Origin: an uncultured virus (IMG/VR IMGVR_UViG_3300032268_000759)
Taxonomy: Duplodnaviria; Heunggongvirae; Uroviricota; Caudoviricetes
Length of the DNA stretch: 64,000 nt
IMG/VR virus record: IMGVR_UViG_3300032268_000759
Location: 1 to 64,000 of that record
Strand: one strand, 5' to 3'
Shown in pieces: positions 1 through 9,271 of the stretch; position 1 is the first letter of the stretch, and each line of letters starts with the position of its first letter. The notes beneath the pieces were generated by a model that ran no database searches, was not told where the DNA came from, and saw only the letters and a list, made by a program, of their open reading frames with translations. Made by a program: the position numbers and the translations under genes.

Positions 1-87
1 AAAACCAATTCAACATAACCCAAAAAACAATCTTAAATATTTATAATAAAGTTTGGCTTTTTAAAATACTTTAATTATATTTACACC

Positions 88-411
88 ATGGCAAGAACTG
101 TGAAACAATATGTACCACCAAACATTGAATTGGTAATACATGAACAAGAAGAAATTAAATTGTTAAAAGAGTCAGTTGAGTTTAAAACATTTATATTTGA
201 GCAAGTTTTAACAGCTATTAAAGATGCTATTAAAAATAAACTTAATGAGGCAAAAGTATTAAATGTAGTTAATTTTAATTATTCATTAACTATAACTAAA
301 TCACAGTTTAAAGATATTCTTAATAATATTTTAAAATTTAATGAAGAACAGGAAGAATATCTTAAATGTAAAGATATAACTAAATTAATTAAGAAGTATG
401 AGAAATTATAG
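88..411 (+). CDS. Hypothetical protein with C-terminal UvrB/UvrC (UVR)-like motif
   Basis: C-terminal EEQEEYLKCKDI resembles the E-x-Y-E-x-A/C-A-x-I UVR motif. Confidence 0.55.
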   Translation: MARTVKQYVPPNIELVIHEQEEIKLLKESVEFKTFIFEQVLTAIKDAIKNKLNEAKVLNVVNFNYSLTITKSQFKDILNNILKFNEEQEEYLKCKDITKLIKKYEKL

Positions 412-559
412 TTTTGCTTATTTCAATGATGAAAATAATGAAGCCATTGATACTAAACAGTTTAATAATTTATTAGAAGCAATTGAATTTTTTGCTAAAA
501 TAAAGAAATTATCACCAAGCGAGTTTTTAAAAATATATAAGGTTTTTGATAAAAAATGA
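398..559 (+). CDS. Small hypothetical protein (53 aa, not in ORF track)
   Basis: MRNYSFAYF...KVFDKK fills the gap and overlaps the next start (ATGA). Confidence 0.6.
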   Translation: MRNYSFAYFNDENNEAIDTKQFNNLLEAIEFFAKIKKLSPSEFLKIYKVFDKK

Positions 560-999
560 ATAATAAACAAGAATTAAATCAAATCTTCAGTGATATATTA
601 GGTGTTACTATAATACTTAATGAAGATAAATCTGGATATGATGAAAAAGCATTTATTAGAGTTATTGAAAACTGGGAACGTGCTTGGTTTGTAAAAAATG
701 ATTTAATTGATAAATATGGAATATTATTTGAAGGTGTTGATAATTTATTATTTCCAGCCTTAGAAGAAATGATTACATTAATGTATGGTGAGAAAAAATC
801 TGAAATAATACAGTGGTATATATATGAAAATAAAGATGAAAAGGGCAAACCCACTACATTAACAGATCCAAATACTAAAAAATCATATACATTAAATAAA
901 CCTAAAGATTTATATGATTTTATTCAACTTGAGTTTGATATAGATAATCTTCCAAGTATTGAAGATAGTGATGAAAATGAAGAAGACGATGAAGAATAA
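556..999 (+). CDS. Hypothetical protein with acidic tail
   Basis: 147-aa ORF in operon context. Confidence 0.75.
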   Translation: MNNKQELNQIFSDILGVTIILNEDKSGYDEKAFIRVIENWERAWFVKNDLIDKYGILFEGVDNLLFPALEEMITLMYGEKKSEIIQWYIYENKDEKGKPTTLTDPNTKKSYTLNKPKDLYDFIQLEFDIDNLPSIEDSDENEEDDEE

Positions 1000-1035
1000 A
1001 GGTTATAAATAATTATGGTTATAAATAGATAGAAA

Positions 1036-1347
1036 ATGACAAAACCGTGCATTAAATGTGGAGATGATATCCACCCAAAACGATTAGAAATATTACCTGG
1101 AACTAAAACTTGTGTTTGTTGTTCAACTGCTGGTAAAAAAAGAGGAGTAGATGTTCAATTAGGTGAAGGAGACCATACATATAATGAAATCATTATTATG
1201 GAAGAAGATGAGTATAGAAATTACTTAGCCTTAGAACAATCCCACCGTAAAACAATATCTGGGCAAGCAGCTTTAGATTATTTGGACCATGAGAATACAG
1301 ATCCAGATTTAGTTGAGCCTGAAGTAGATATAGCAATCCCAGAATAA
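1036..1347 (+). CDS. DksA/TraR-type C4 zinc-finger protein
   Basis: CIKCGDDIHPKRLEILPGTKTCVCC fits the C-x2-C-G-x2-I-x3-RL-x3-P-x4-C-x2-C pattern. Confidence 0.8.
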   Translation: MTKPCIKCGDDIHPKRLEILPGTKTCVCCSTAGKKRGVDVQLGEGDHTYNEIIIMEEDEYRNYLALEQSHRKTISGQAALDYLDHENTDPDLVEPEVDIAIPE

Positions 1348-1979
1348 TGAAAGCCAAACCGCTTACAAAAGAAGATATATTGCGGGCAATGAGAAATACT
1401 AAAAGTAACAAAGCTGCGGCTCGTTATCTTAGTGTTTCATGGATGCATTATAAACGCTATGCTAAGTTATATAATGGAGAAGATGGTAGAACATTATTTG
1501 ATAATCATTTAAATCAAGCAGGTAAAGGTATACCTAAATTTTTAAATAATTCTAAAAAAGAACCAGCATTACTTGATTTATTAGAAGGTAGAGTACCAAT
1601 GACTAACTACCGACCTGAGAAAGTAAGAAGTCGTTTAATTAAAGAAGGTCTATTACAAGAGCATTGTTACCTATGTGGATTTAATGAACGTCGTGTATCT
1701 GATTATAAAATGCCTTTAATATTGGATTTTGTAGATAGGAATAAAAGAAACTACAAACAAGCAAATTTACGTTTATTATGCTATAATTGTTACTACATGA
1801 ATATAGGTGACTTATACACTAATAAACAACTGCATGGAATGGAAGATCATTTGACTACATTCAATAGTGAGGTGGATTGGGAGTTAGATGACTATCAAAA
1901 ACAACGACTACAAGAATTAGGTATGTATACTCCTCCAGACATAGAAAGTGATGGAACTGAATTTGTAAGTAAATGGTAA
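1347..1979 (+). CDS. HTH + HNH-like endonuclease-fold protein (degenerate HNH)
   Basis: N-terminal SNKAAARYLSVS HTH; CYLCG...LDFVDRNKRN...NLRLLCYNCY. Confidence 0.65.
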   Translation: MKAKPLTKEDILRAMRNTKSNKAAARYLSVSWMHYKRYAKLYNGEDGRTLFDNHLNQAGKGIPKFLNNSKKEPALLDLLEGRVPMTNYRPEKVRSRLIKEGLLQEHCYLCGFNERRVSDYKMPLILDFVDRNKRNYKQANLRLLCYNCYYMNIGDLYTNKQLHGMEDHLTTFNSEVDWELDDYQKQRLQELGMYTPPDIESDGTEFVSKW

Positions 1980-1991
1980 TATTTATATCAA

Positions 1992-2147
1992 ATGAAAAAG
2001 AAAAAACATATTGAAGTAATAACTGATTTTGATGAAAAGAAACAAAAACATCTAGAAAAATTAGCTACTCAGATGCTCAAAAATGATGATCGCAACAATA
2101 AGTTAAAAGAAAAATATATTGATAAAAAATTTTTAGATTTATTTTAA
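1992..2147 (+). CDS. Small basic hypothetical protein (51 aa, not in track)
   Basis: MKKKKHIEV...KFLDLF directly after a TATTTATA motif. Confidence 0.6.
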   Translation: MKKKKHIEVITDFDEKKQKHLEKLATQMLKNDDRNNKLKEKYIDKKFLDLF

Positions 2148-2148
2148 C

Positions 2149-2448
2149 ATGGTTAAAGAAATAACAGTTCGTAATAACGAAGAGTTAATTGAAGTTATGG
2201 AAAATGGTAGTTATGAAATATCAAAATCTATAGTTGAAAACATTATAAAACATTTAAATAGTAAGAAAAAACGTGTACATGTTATAAGCATTTTCTGTGA
2301 AGAAGATCAGGCGGTTTATGACTTGACACTTGAAAGATCAAATTTCTTAAGTACACTCGAAAAGAATTTAACTACATTTGAGCAAGCCGAGGATTTTGAA
2401 GGTTGTATTGGTATTCAAAACGCAATTAATCAACTCAAACCCTCATAA
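2149..2448 (+). CDS. Hypothetical protein with C-terminal UVR-like motif
   Basis: FEQAEDFEGCIGIQNAI. Confidence 0.55.
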   Translation: MVKEITVRNNEELIEVMENGSYEISKSIVENIIKHLNSKKKRVHVISIFCEEDQAVYDLTLERSNFLSTLEKNLTTFEQAEDFEGCIGIQNAINQLKPS

Positions 2449-2450
2449 TA

Positions 2451-2594
2451 ATGGCAAAAGCAAAAGCAAACACAACAGTTAAATCACACATCTCATCACC
2501 AAAAGTAAAAAGAAAAGGCATTCATGCCAAATCAAAATCAAGTAGTCTTAAATCATCAAAACTTTATAAAAAGTTAAGCAAAGGGCAGGGTTAA
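2451..2594 (+). CDS. Small Lys/Ser-rich basic protein (47 aa, not in track)
   Basis: MAKAKANTT...KLYKKLSKGQG; similar to the xKKYxGQG-ending small proteins of large phages. Confidence 0.6.
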   Translation: MAKAKANTTVKSHISSPKVKRKGIHAKSKSSSLKSSKLYKKLSKGQG

Positions 2595-2604
2595 TCCGCC
2601 CTTT
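2581..2604 (+). terminator. Intrinsic terminator-like hairpin
   Basis: AAGGGC...GCCCTTT immediately before the promoter at 2606. Confidence 0.5.
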
Positions 2605-2660
2605 GTTTGGCCTCCCCAAATGTTGATGTTATATTTATATTGTAATAAAAATAAATAGTT

Positions 2661-2963
2661 ATGGCGCAAAGAGGTAGAAAAAGTAAGTTACAAGTAGAAA
2701 CTGAGGCAGCAGAAGCATTAGCTACATCAATTAAATTTGAAAGACGTTATGTGGATGAGGATGGATCAGTTGAAGTTTGGAAGTATGATATTAGAAAAAA
2801 TCCAAATGGTCCATATGAAACAACAATGGAGTATCCAAAAGGTACTAAAACATTTGAACAAATACAAGAACTATTACCTAAAACTAAGCGTAGGTACTTA
2901 AACCCAGAAACAGGCAAAGATGTAGCTTATTCAAGAGCAAAGGAATTAGGACTTATAAATTAA
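2661..2963 (+). CDS. Hypothetical protein (N-terminal RGRK)
   Basis: ORF with own promoter. Confidence 0.75.
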   Translation: MAQRGRKSKLQVETEAAEALATSIKFERRYVDEDGSVEVWKYDIRKNPNGPYETTMEYPKGTKTFEQIQELLPKTKRRYLNPETGKDVAYSRAKELGLIN

Positions 2964-3021
2964 GTTTGGCCTACCAAAAATAAGATGTTATATTAATATT
3001 AACATAAAAATAAAATAAGTT

Positions 3022-3234
3022 ATGAGCAAATTAAACAGAACTGCTAAGTTGAGTTTTTTCACAAGCAGAAAAAGAAGCGGAGATGCAACCCGTTTATCGG
3101 AAGTTACTGGTTATTCAGTATCACACATCAGTAATGTAATGTCAGGTGTACGTAGTGTACCTCAAGAGTTAGCGAATGAGATGTATAACATCAGTCGCAG
3201 ACGTATGAAGAACAGTGAGCGTTCAATCGCTTAA
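3022..3234 (+). CDS. Small XRE/Cro-like helix-turn-helix protein
   Basis: ATRLSEVTGYSVSHISNVMSG. Confidence 0.7.
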   Translation: MSKLNRTAKLSFFTSRKRSGDATRLSEVTGYSVSHISNVMSGVRSVPQELANEMYNISRRRMKNSERSIA

Positions 3235-3242
3235 TTGATTCC

Positions 3243-3280
3243 AGGGCATCCGAGTTGAAATAAACTCGGGCCCTTTTTTT
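3243..3280 (+). terminator. Intrinsic terminator
   Basis: AGGGC-CCGAGTT / AACTCGG-GCCCT stem followed by a T run that merges into the next TTTG box. Confidence 0.75.
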
Positions 3281-3323
3281 GGCTTTCCAAAGTAAAAATA
3301 TTATATTAATAGAAATAAAGGTT

Positions 3324-3551
3324 ATGAAAAAGAATTTATCAATTACAAAATTGTGGTTACAGGCTAAAGATTTATTTGGAAAAGGTAAAATTGATAAAGC
3401 TGATGAGAATTTAGATTGGTGTTTAGTTATTCTATCTAAACATGCTTTAGCAGGTTCTAAAGGAACAGATTTACTAGAAGGTACTAAAATGGATGTTTGG
3501 TATGAGAGAGTTTGGACATCAATAGAACATATGGGTTTATTACCAGAATAA
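3324..3551 (+). CDS. Hypothetical protein
   Basis: Start moved to ATG 3324, downstream of promoter 3278. Confidence 0.7.
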   Translation: MKKNLSITKLWLQAKDLFGKGKIDKADENLDWCLVILSKHALAGSKGTDLLEGTKMDVWYERVWTSIEHMGLLPE

Positions 3552-3552
3552 T

Positions 3553-3765
3553 ATGATTAAGAAAAAAAGACGTAAATACAGAAAACTTATTCCTGAAAAA
3601 GGATATGTTGTAATGACTGATGATTGTAGAGTATTCAGTGGACTAAAAGGTGGTTATCCTACATTTTCAGAAATCATTGATGAAGCAAAACAATTTACTG
3701 AAATTCATCAGTCAGAAATGTTACATTTAATGTACCCATTTAAATTAGAAACAATATGGCTTTAG
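3553..3765 (+). CDS. Hypothetical protein
   Basis: ORF in operon. Confidence 0.65.
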   Translation: MIKKKRRKYRKLIPEKGYVVMTDDCRVFSGLKGGYPTFSEIIDEAKQFTEIHQSEMLHLMYPFKLETIWL

Positions 3766-4142
3766 GACAAAAAATAAGATATTTTATTAATAGTGTTAAA
3801 AATCTTATCAAGTGGTTTCCCATTATTTGGAATGACAGAGATTGGGATAGTGCTTATATTGAAGAAATGTTGTTATTTAAGTTGAATAACATGTATAAAC
3901 GATTCTCAGACCCAAATGCCACTTATGTTGATTGGAACAGTAAACATGCTAAACCTGCACTTAAAGCATTAAAACTATCTATTCAAATACTTAAACGTAG
4001 ACAAAGTAATTATTACACTGATTATTGGTGGAATAGAGGTCAAGAAGATAAAGATTTAATGATATCAAGTCAATTAGAACAAAGGGACTGGAAGTTGTTC
4101 TGTAAATTAATGGAAAAATATTCTGATTATTGGTGGGACTAG
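3756..4142 (+). CDS. Hypothetical phage protein (WxDRDWD ... WWD family)
   Basis: WFPIIWNDRDWD and C-terminal YWWD, common in phages. Confidence 0.75.
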   Translation: MALGQKIRYFINSVKNLIKWFPIIWNDRDWDSAYIEEMLLFKLNNMYKRFSDPNATYVDWNSKHAKPALKALKLSIQILKRRQSNYYTDYWWNRGQEDKDLMISSQLEQRDWKLFCKLMEKYSDYWWD

Positions 4143-4195
4143 TTTGGTCTCCCAAATGTAAGATATTATATTTAAGTAAATTAAAAATTAAAAAT

Positions 4196-4354
4196 ATGAG
4201 TATAGCATTTATTATTGGTTGGTTATTTATGATAACCACATGGATTCCAAAATCATTTATTAAGGATGAGCGTAAACGCACAGGAACAAATTTAGCATTA
4301 GCTGCAATTGCTTTAGGTATTTTCATAGCAGATCTTGTATATCTTATATATTAA
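4196..4354 (+). CDS. Small two-TM membrane protein
   Basis: Two hydrophobic stretches; start after promoter 4143. Confidence 0.65.
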   Translation: MSIAFIIGWLFMITTWIPKSFIKDERKRTGTNLALAAIALGIFIADLVYLIY

Positions 4355-4450
4355 ATAATATGTATTTAATAGGAATAATATTGGGATTTGGATTTCTAGT
4401 ATTAGTAGTTTCATTATACAATTCATTAAAGAAATTGATTAAAAAGAAAA

Positions 4451-4759
4451 ATGGATCAAAATCTAAAAAACACAACAGAAGTGGAAAATAACAAAAGTAA
4501 TCCATCATCAGGATTCTTTGATATTTTTTTATCTAAAGTAAAAGAGCAATCTTTTTTAATAATTCTTATGCTTGGCATAATTTATTACCAACATAGAATG
4601 ATGGAGGAAAGAGTTGGTTTTTGGCAAAGACAATTTGAACAAGAAGATTTGTATATTAAGCAAATTGAAAAAGAACGAAGAGATGATTTAATACAAAGAA
4701 ATGAATATCTGCTAAACCAAAGAGATAAATATGTAGAAGAAATTATAAACACAAAATAA
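4451..4759 (+). CDS. Single-TM coiled-coil membrane protein (holin/BhlA-like shape)
   Basis: FLIILMLGIIYY followed by a charged helix. Confidence 0.55.
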   Translation: MDQNLKNTTEVENNKSNPSSGFFDIFLSKVKEQSFLIILMLGIIYYQHRMMEERVGFWQRQFEQEDLYIKQIEKERRDDLIQRNEYLLNQRDKYVEEIINTK

Positions 4760-4771
4760 AATAAATAAATT

Positions 4772-5821
4772 ATGTCAACAGAAACAAACACAAATTTAGA
4801 AACTAACCAAACAGCTGAAACACATTCAGATGGAACTTCAGGTGGTGCATCATTTGATAATACAACTACAGCGTCAGCTGGTGTATCAACAGGAGATGAG
4901 AACGCCTCAATTGGTATTGAAGTATCTGCTAAAACTGGAACTGAAGCATCAGTTGATGGTGGTTTAGATGGTAATAATGTTTATGTAGAAGCAAGTTACT
5001 CAGACACAACTGAAGTTCATGTTACAGTAGATGGTCAAGCTAATGCTGAAGGATTTGGTGTTAGTGGTACGGTAGATGCTTATGCTAAAACAGGAAACGA
5101 AGCTAGTCTTGAAGTGAGAGCAGGTGATGAAGGAGTAGTAGCTAATGGAAATTTATCAGCAGGATCAGCAGTTGGTGTAGATGGAGAAGGAACAGTTGAT
5201 TTAAGAGAAGGTTCAGTAACAGCAGGTGCAGGTGTATCAGTTGGAGAGCAAGTTGGTATTGGTGGTGGTGGAGAAGCCACTTTAGTAGATGGTGTTGCTA
5301 CTGTAGGAGTTAGTGGTGAAGTAGCAGTTTTATTAGGTGTTGATGTTGATTTAAGTGTGAGTATTGATACAAATCAAATAGCTGAAGATGCTAGATTAGC
5401 TGCTGAGAAATCTGAACAATTAGCTAAAGAAACTGAACGAATTGCAAAAGTAGCTGCTGAAGAAACTGAACGAAAAGCTAAAGAAGTAGCAGCTGAAACT
5501 GAAAGAAAAACAAAAGCAGCAGCTGATGAAGTTGAAAGAAAAGCTAAGGAAGCAGCAGCTGAAACAGAAAGAAAAACTAAGGAGGCAGCAGCAGCAGCTA
5601 AAAAAGAAACTGAAAGATTAGCTGCTGAGACTGAAAGAAAGACAAGGGAAGCAGCAGCTGAAACTGAGCGAAGGACTAGAGAAGCAGCAGAAGCAGCTCA
5701 AAGAGAAACAGAAAGATTGGCAGCAGAAACTGAAAGAAAAACTCGTGAGGCGGCTGAGGCGACAAAAAGAGAACTTGAAAAAGTAGCTAAAAAAGCTAAT
5801 CCTAAAAATTGGTTTAGATAA
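4772..5821 (+). CDS. Gly/Val/Ala-rich beta-repeat domain + 11-residue coiled-coil repeat protein
   Basis: N-terminal GxSAGxxVGV repeats; C-terminal (A)AAETERKT(R/K)E repeats; ends NPKNWFR. Confidence 0.8.
   Translation: MSTETNTNLETNQTAETHSDGTSGGASFDNTTTASAGVSTGDENASIGIEVSAKTGTEASVDGGLDGNNVYVEASYSDTTEVHVTVDGQANAEGFGVSGTVDAYAKTGNEASLEVRAGDEGVVANGNLSAGSAVGVDGEGTVDLREGSVTAGAGVSVGEQVGIGGGGEATLVDGVATVGVSGEVAVLLGVDVDLSVSIDTNQIAEDARLAAEKSEQLAKETERIAKVAAEETERKAKEVAAETERKTKAAADEVERKAKEAAAETERKTKEAAAAAKKETERLAAETERKTREAAAETERRTREAAEAAQRETERLAAETERKTREAAEATKRELEKVAKKANPKNWFR
5440..5780 (+). repeat. Coding tandem repeat (~33-nt unit GCAGCTGAAACTGAAAGAAAAAC...)
   Basis: About 9-10 imperfect copies encoding AETERK repeats. 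Confidence 0.8.
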
Positions 5822-5831
5822 AAAAAGGTTT

Positions 5832-5908
5832 GGTCAGGTGGGTGTAATGAGGGAAGGTCCCAAGTCCATTTAATGGTTACTTATCCGGTTCGAGTCCGGC
5901 CCTGACTA
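5832..5908 (+). ncRNA. tRNA-like RNA, non-canonical D/anticodon arms
   Basis: GGTCAGG/CCTGACT acceptor stem and CCGG-TTCGAGT-CCGG T arm; the middle lacks a canonical D arm and has a CCAT-TTA-ATGG hairpin. Confidence 0.65.
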
Positions 5909-5924
5909 CTAAATTAAAATAAAT

Positions 5925-6176
5925 ATGGTTATAGCGATAACAATCTTATCTGTATTATTAGTTGTCACAATGTTATTTGTGACAGCATGTATAATACACA
6001 TTCTAAAAATTCAGAAAGAATTAGAATTAATAAGTAAAGAACAAACAAATCAAAATACAGACATTAGGAATACAATGGTATCACTTATGTCTTTAATTCA
6101 AGCCCTTAGAGAAGCATCTGAGGTAGAACAAATTAATAAAACTTATAATTATAATAATATAAAAGGAGAAGCATAA
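5925..6176 (+). CDS. Single-TM membrane protein
   Basis: N-terminal hydrophobic helix + coiled coil. Confidence 0.7.
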   Translation: MVIAITILSVLLVVTMLFVTACIIHILKIQKELELISKEQTNQNTDIRNTMVSLMSLIQALREASEVEQINKTYNYNNIKGEA

Positions 6177-6177
6177 T

Positions 6178-6447
6178 ATGGCAGATATGAATGTTAGTTT
6201 TGATGTTGAAGATATCATTTGGGGTATGGATAGATATGAAAAACAAGATATGGTTGATTCACTTTATGATGATGGTTTTGTTCCAAGTAATGTTAAAAAA
6301 GATTTAGATTTAGTAATTGATCGTTTACCATTAACTTCATTAGAACAAGAATTATCTGATTTATTAGATAAAGTATGGAATAATAGAAATGTTATTAATA
6401 ATAATGATTTAGAAATATTAAAACACTTATCTAAGAAAGGGATATAA
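6178..6447 (+). CDS. Hypothetical protein
   Basis: ORF, TAATG-coupled to next gene. Confidence 0.7.
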   Translation: MADMNVSFDVEDIIWGMDRYEKQDMVDSLYDDGFVPSNVKKDLDLVIDRLPLTSLEQELSDLLDKVWNNRNVINNNDLEILKHLSKKGI

Positions 6448-6737
6448 TGGAAGTAGGAAGTTTAGTGGAGTGTGTTAATGGTAATTTTGAACATAAACAA
6501 ATTGAACTAATAGCGAATAGACCTAAACAAGGTAAAATATATACTGTACGTTTAATAAAACAATATCCAAGTAATAAAATAGGAGTATTATTAGAGGAAA
6601 TAGTGAATGAACCATTAATGTTACCTAATTTAGATGGTTTATTTGAACCAACATTTGATATAAATCGATTTAGAGAAGTGCAAGAAGGTAGTATTGAAGA
6701 GTTAACTGAGATATTAGAACTAGAAAATACTAAATAA
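6447..6737 (+). CDS. Hypothetical protein (SH3-like start VGSLVECV)
   Basis: ORF. Confidence 0.7.
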   Translation: MEVGSLVECVNGNFEHKQIELIANRPKQGKIYTVRLIKQYPSNKIGVLLEEIVNEPLMLPNLDGLFEPTFDINRFREVQEGSIEELTEILELENTK

Positions 6738-6793
6738 CAAGTTTGGCTCCTCAGGGAGCCTTTGTTATATTTACACTGTAATAAGAAACAGAT

Positions 6794-7234
6794 ATGAGAA
6801 AAATAGTTTATAATGCAATACAGACACCTGATGGTACTGTATTAGAATCAACACATCATCATGATTATAAAGAATATGTTGATACTAATGGTAAAATGTA
6901 TATAGTTGATGGTGGCTTAGACTATAGTAGACATTCATCAAATGGTGATGAAGTATTATTAACTAAATATCAAGATCAATCACATGAACAAATACGTGAG
7001 CATGCTTTTAGAGCAGGTTATGGTAAGCCAGGTACTTCAGATTATGGTACTTATAGAATAACTCGTATTGCAGATATGGATGATGAATATTTAAATGAGG
7101 CTATTAAGTATGTTAAACAATTTATTTTAGATGTAGCAAATAATGTTCCAACAGCATTAGATAAATATGATGATGATGAACATCCATTTGCTTTACAAGT
7201 ATTATTAAATGAAAAACAATATAGAAACATATGA
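6794..7234 (+). CDS. Conserved phage hypothetical protein
   Basis: NAIQTPDGT..S.H.HDY...VDGG.DY.R motif. Confidence 0.75.
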   Translation: MRKIVYNAIQTPDGTVLESTHHHDYKEYVDTNGKMYIVDGGLDYSRHSSNGDEVLLTKYQDQSHEQIREHAFRAGYGKPGTSDYGTYRITRIADMDDEYLNEAIKYVKQFILDVANNVPTALDKYDDDEHPFALQVLLNEKQYRNI

Positions 7235-7425
7235 TATATTTTGATATTTTTAACACAACAAAGTTTACAGGTACTGAGTTAAAAACAGCAAGTGCTATTG
7301 TAAAGAAGGAATTTCCTAATGGACCTAAAGTTAAGCATATGGAAGTGGAACAGTTTTCATTTAATGAAATAGCAAACCATATTCATATTTCATATCAAGA
7401 AGTAACTAAATCATTACACGCATGA
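7231..7425 (+). CDS. Hypothetical protein
   Basis: ATGA overlaps on both sides. Confidence 0.65.
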   Translation: MIYFDIFNTTKFTGTELKTASAIVKKEFPNGPKVKHMEVEQFSFNEIANHIHISYQEVTKSLHA

Positions 7426-7631
7426 TTATAACACCAAAAGAAAAAGCAAATGAACTAGTAGAGTACTTCCTTGATCTTAAACCAATTAAGTTATCAGATT
7501 ACTCACACATATACTCACCTACAGCAAAACGATTTGCTTTAAAAGTATGTGATGAGGTATTAGGTGATATGGGTGCTGATAGAGGTTATGATTTTTGGAC
7601 TGAAGTAAAACAAGAAATAGAAAAGTTATGA
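7422..7631 (+). CDS. Bacteroidota-phage small protein (TPKEKA.EL...W.EVKQEIEKL family)
   Basis: Motif recognised. Confidence 0.7.
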   Translation: MIITPKEKANELVEYFLDLKPIKLSDYSHIYSPTAKRFALKVCDEVLGDMGADRGYDFWTEVKQEIEKL

Positions 7632-7834
7632 GAACGCAAACAGCAGTAGAATGGTTGATTGGTAAATTGCCAATGATAAACTTAGAAGATGGTTATTATA
7701 AGACTTTAATAAAACAAGCCAAAGAAATAGAAAAGGAGCAGATGTGTCAATTTGTAAGTGACTACATAGACGATGGACAAGACTTGACAGCGGAGGAATA
7801 TTACGAGCAAACATTTAAACTAGAAAAGTTATGA
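7628..7834 (+). CDS. Bacteroidota-phage small protein (QTAVEWL family), paralog of 19684..19920
   Basis: QTAVEWL...QAKEIEKEQ...EEYYEQTF. Confidence 0.75.
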   Translation: MRTQTAVEWLIGKLPMINLEDGYYKTLIKQAKEIEKEQMCQFVSDYIDDGQDLTAEEYYEQTFKLEKL

Positions 7835-8154
7835 GTGATAAAGATGATAAAATATTAATGGAAATTTACAAACGTACTTACGCTGTAGCTACTCCACCAG
7901 CTGATTTTGATGTATTATTAGCCAATGCTACATTAGATGAACATAATAGAAAGGTAATACCATATGATGATTATGAATTGGAAGATGATGTTGCCCAACA
8001 AATAATTAATGATGTGATGAAGGAATTTAAAGTAGCTAAATGGAAACGCCAATCATTCAGTAATACATACTGGTTAGGTTGTTCACCTAAGAGTAAACGA
8101 GATGACTTATCAGATTGGGATGTTACACTTAATGATGGATTAGAAAATGAATAA
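7831..8154 (+). CDS. Hypothetical protein
   Basis: ORF in operon. Confidence 0.7.
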   Translation: MSDKDDKILMEIYKRTYAVATPPADFDVLLANATLDEHNRKVIPYDDYELEDDVAQQIINDVMKEFKVAKWKRQSFSNTYWLGCSPKSKRDDLSDWDVTLNDGLENE

Positions 8155-9256
8155 TATAGATAAACAATATCAATCACTCCTACAAGACATACTTGATAAT
8201 GGAGTTGAGAAACAAGACAGAACAGGAACAGGTACAATCAGTGTATTTGGAAGACAAATACGTCATAAAATGAGTGATGGTTTCCCACTATTAACAACTA
8301 AGAAAATGGCTTGGAAAACTATGGTAACTGAATTACTATGGTTTCTACGTGGTGATACTAATATTAAGTATTTAGTTGATAATGGATGTCATATATGGGA
8401 TGGTGATGCTTATAAGAACTATTGTAACCAAATCCCTGAGTACAGTAAACAGTTCACTATGTCTAAGGAAGAATATATTGATAAAATCAAAACAGATGAT
8501 GAGTTTGCTAAACAGTGGGGTGAGTTAGGTCCAATTTATGGTAAGCAATGGAGAGCTTGGGATTTTCCTGAAGTAAATGGTTATTTTGGTCCTATTGATC
8601 AAATTAAAATACTTATTCAATCATTAAAAACAAATCCTGACTCAAGACGATTAATGGTTAATGCTTGGAATGTAGGTAAGTTACATGAAATGGTTTTACC
8701 TCCTTGTCATTATGGATTTCAAGTTTATACAAGAGAATTGAGTTTAGAAGAGAGATTATTATTGGCAGATAAAATCAATAAAGAAATTAGACAAGACTTG
8801 TATACATACTCTTTTAATAACCCAATTTATATTGGAGGTATACAACAAACAGATGATGATATGAGACATGAACTATTAAATGATTTATATATACCAACAA
8901 GAGCAATTTCTTTAATGTGGAATCAACGTTCAGTAGATACATTCTTAGGTTTACCATTCAATATAGCATCTTATGGTTTATTATTAGAAATTATTGCTAA
9001 AGCAGTTAATATGGTACCTGATGAATTGATTGGTAACTTGGGTGATGTACATTTATATAGTAACCATGTTGAACAGGCTAAGGAACAGATAACAAGAGAA
9101 CCATACCTATTACCAACATTAAAAATTAATTCGGGTAATGAGAACTGGCATTTATTAGACATAGATGAAATTATTAATAGTTTAGATGTTGACATTACAT
9201 TTAAAGTAGATGGTTATCAATCACATCCAGCAATCAAAGCACCTTTATCTAATTAA
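8147..9256 (+). CDS. thyA: Thymidylate synthase
   Basis: DRTGTGT, FPLLTTKK, ELLWF, LGPIYGKQWR, PDSRR, LPPCH, QRSVD.FLGLPFNIASY, HLYSNH. Confidence 0.97.
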   Translation: MNNIDKQYQSLLQDILDNGVEKQDRTGTGTISVFGRQIRHKMSDGFPLLTTKKMAWKTMVTELLWFLRGDTNIKYLVDNGCHIWDGDAYKNYCNQIPEYSKQFTMSKEEYIDKIKTDDEFAKQWGELGPIYGKQWRAWDFPEVNGYFGPIDQIKILIQSLKTNPDSRRLMVNAWNVGKLHEMVLPPCHYGFQVYTRELSLEERLLLADKINKEIRQDLYTYSFNNPIYIGGIQQTDDDMRHELLNDLYIPTRAISLMWNQRSVDTFLGLPFNIASYGLLLEIIAKAVNMVPDELIGNLGDVHLYSNHVEQAKEQITREPYLLPTLKINSGNENWHLLDIDEIINSLDVDITFKVDGYQSHPAIKAPLSN

Positions 9257-9271
9257 TATTTATAATAAAAT

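Noticed and set aside
8720-8900. Intein or intron in thyA (protein longer than E. coli ThyA)
   Set aside because: The insertions are short and in frame, with no C/S...HN splice residues or endonuclease motifs; they look like variable loops.
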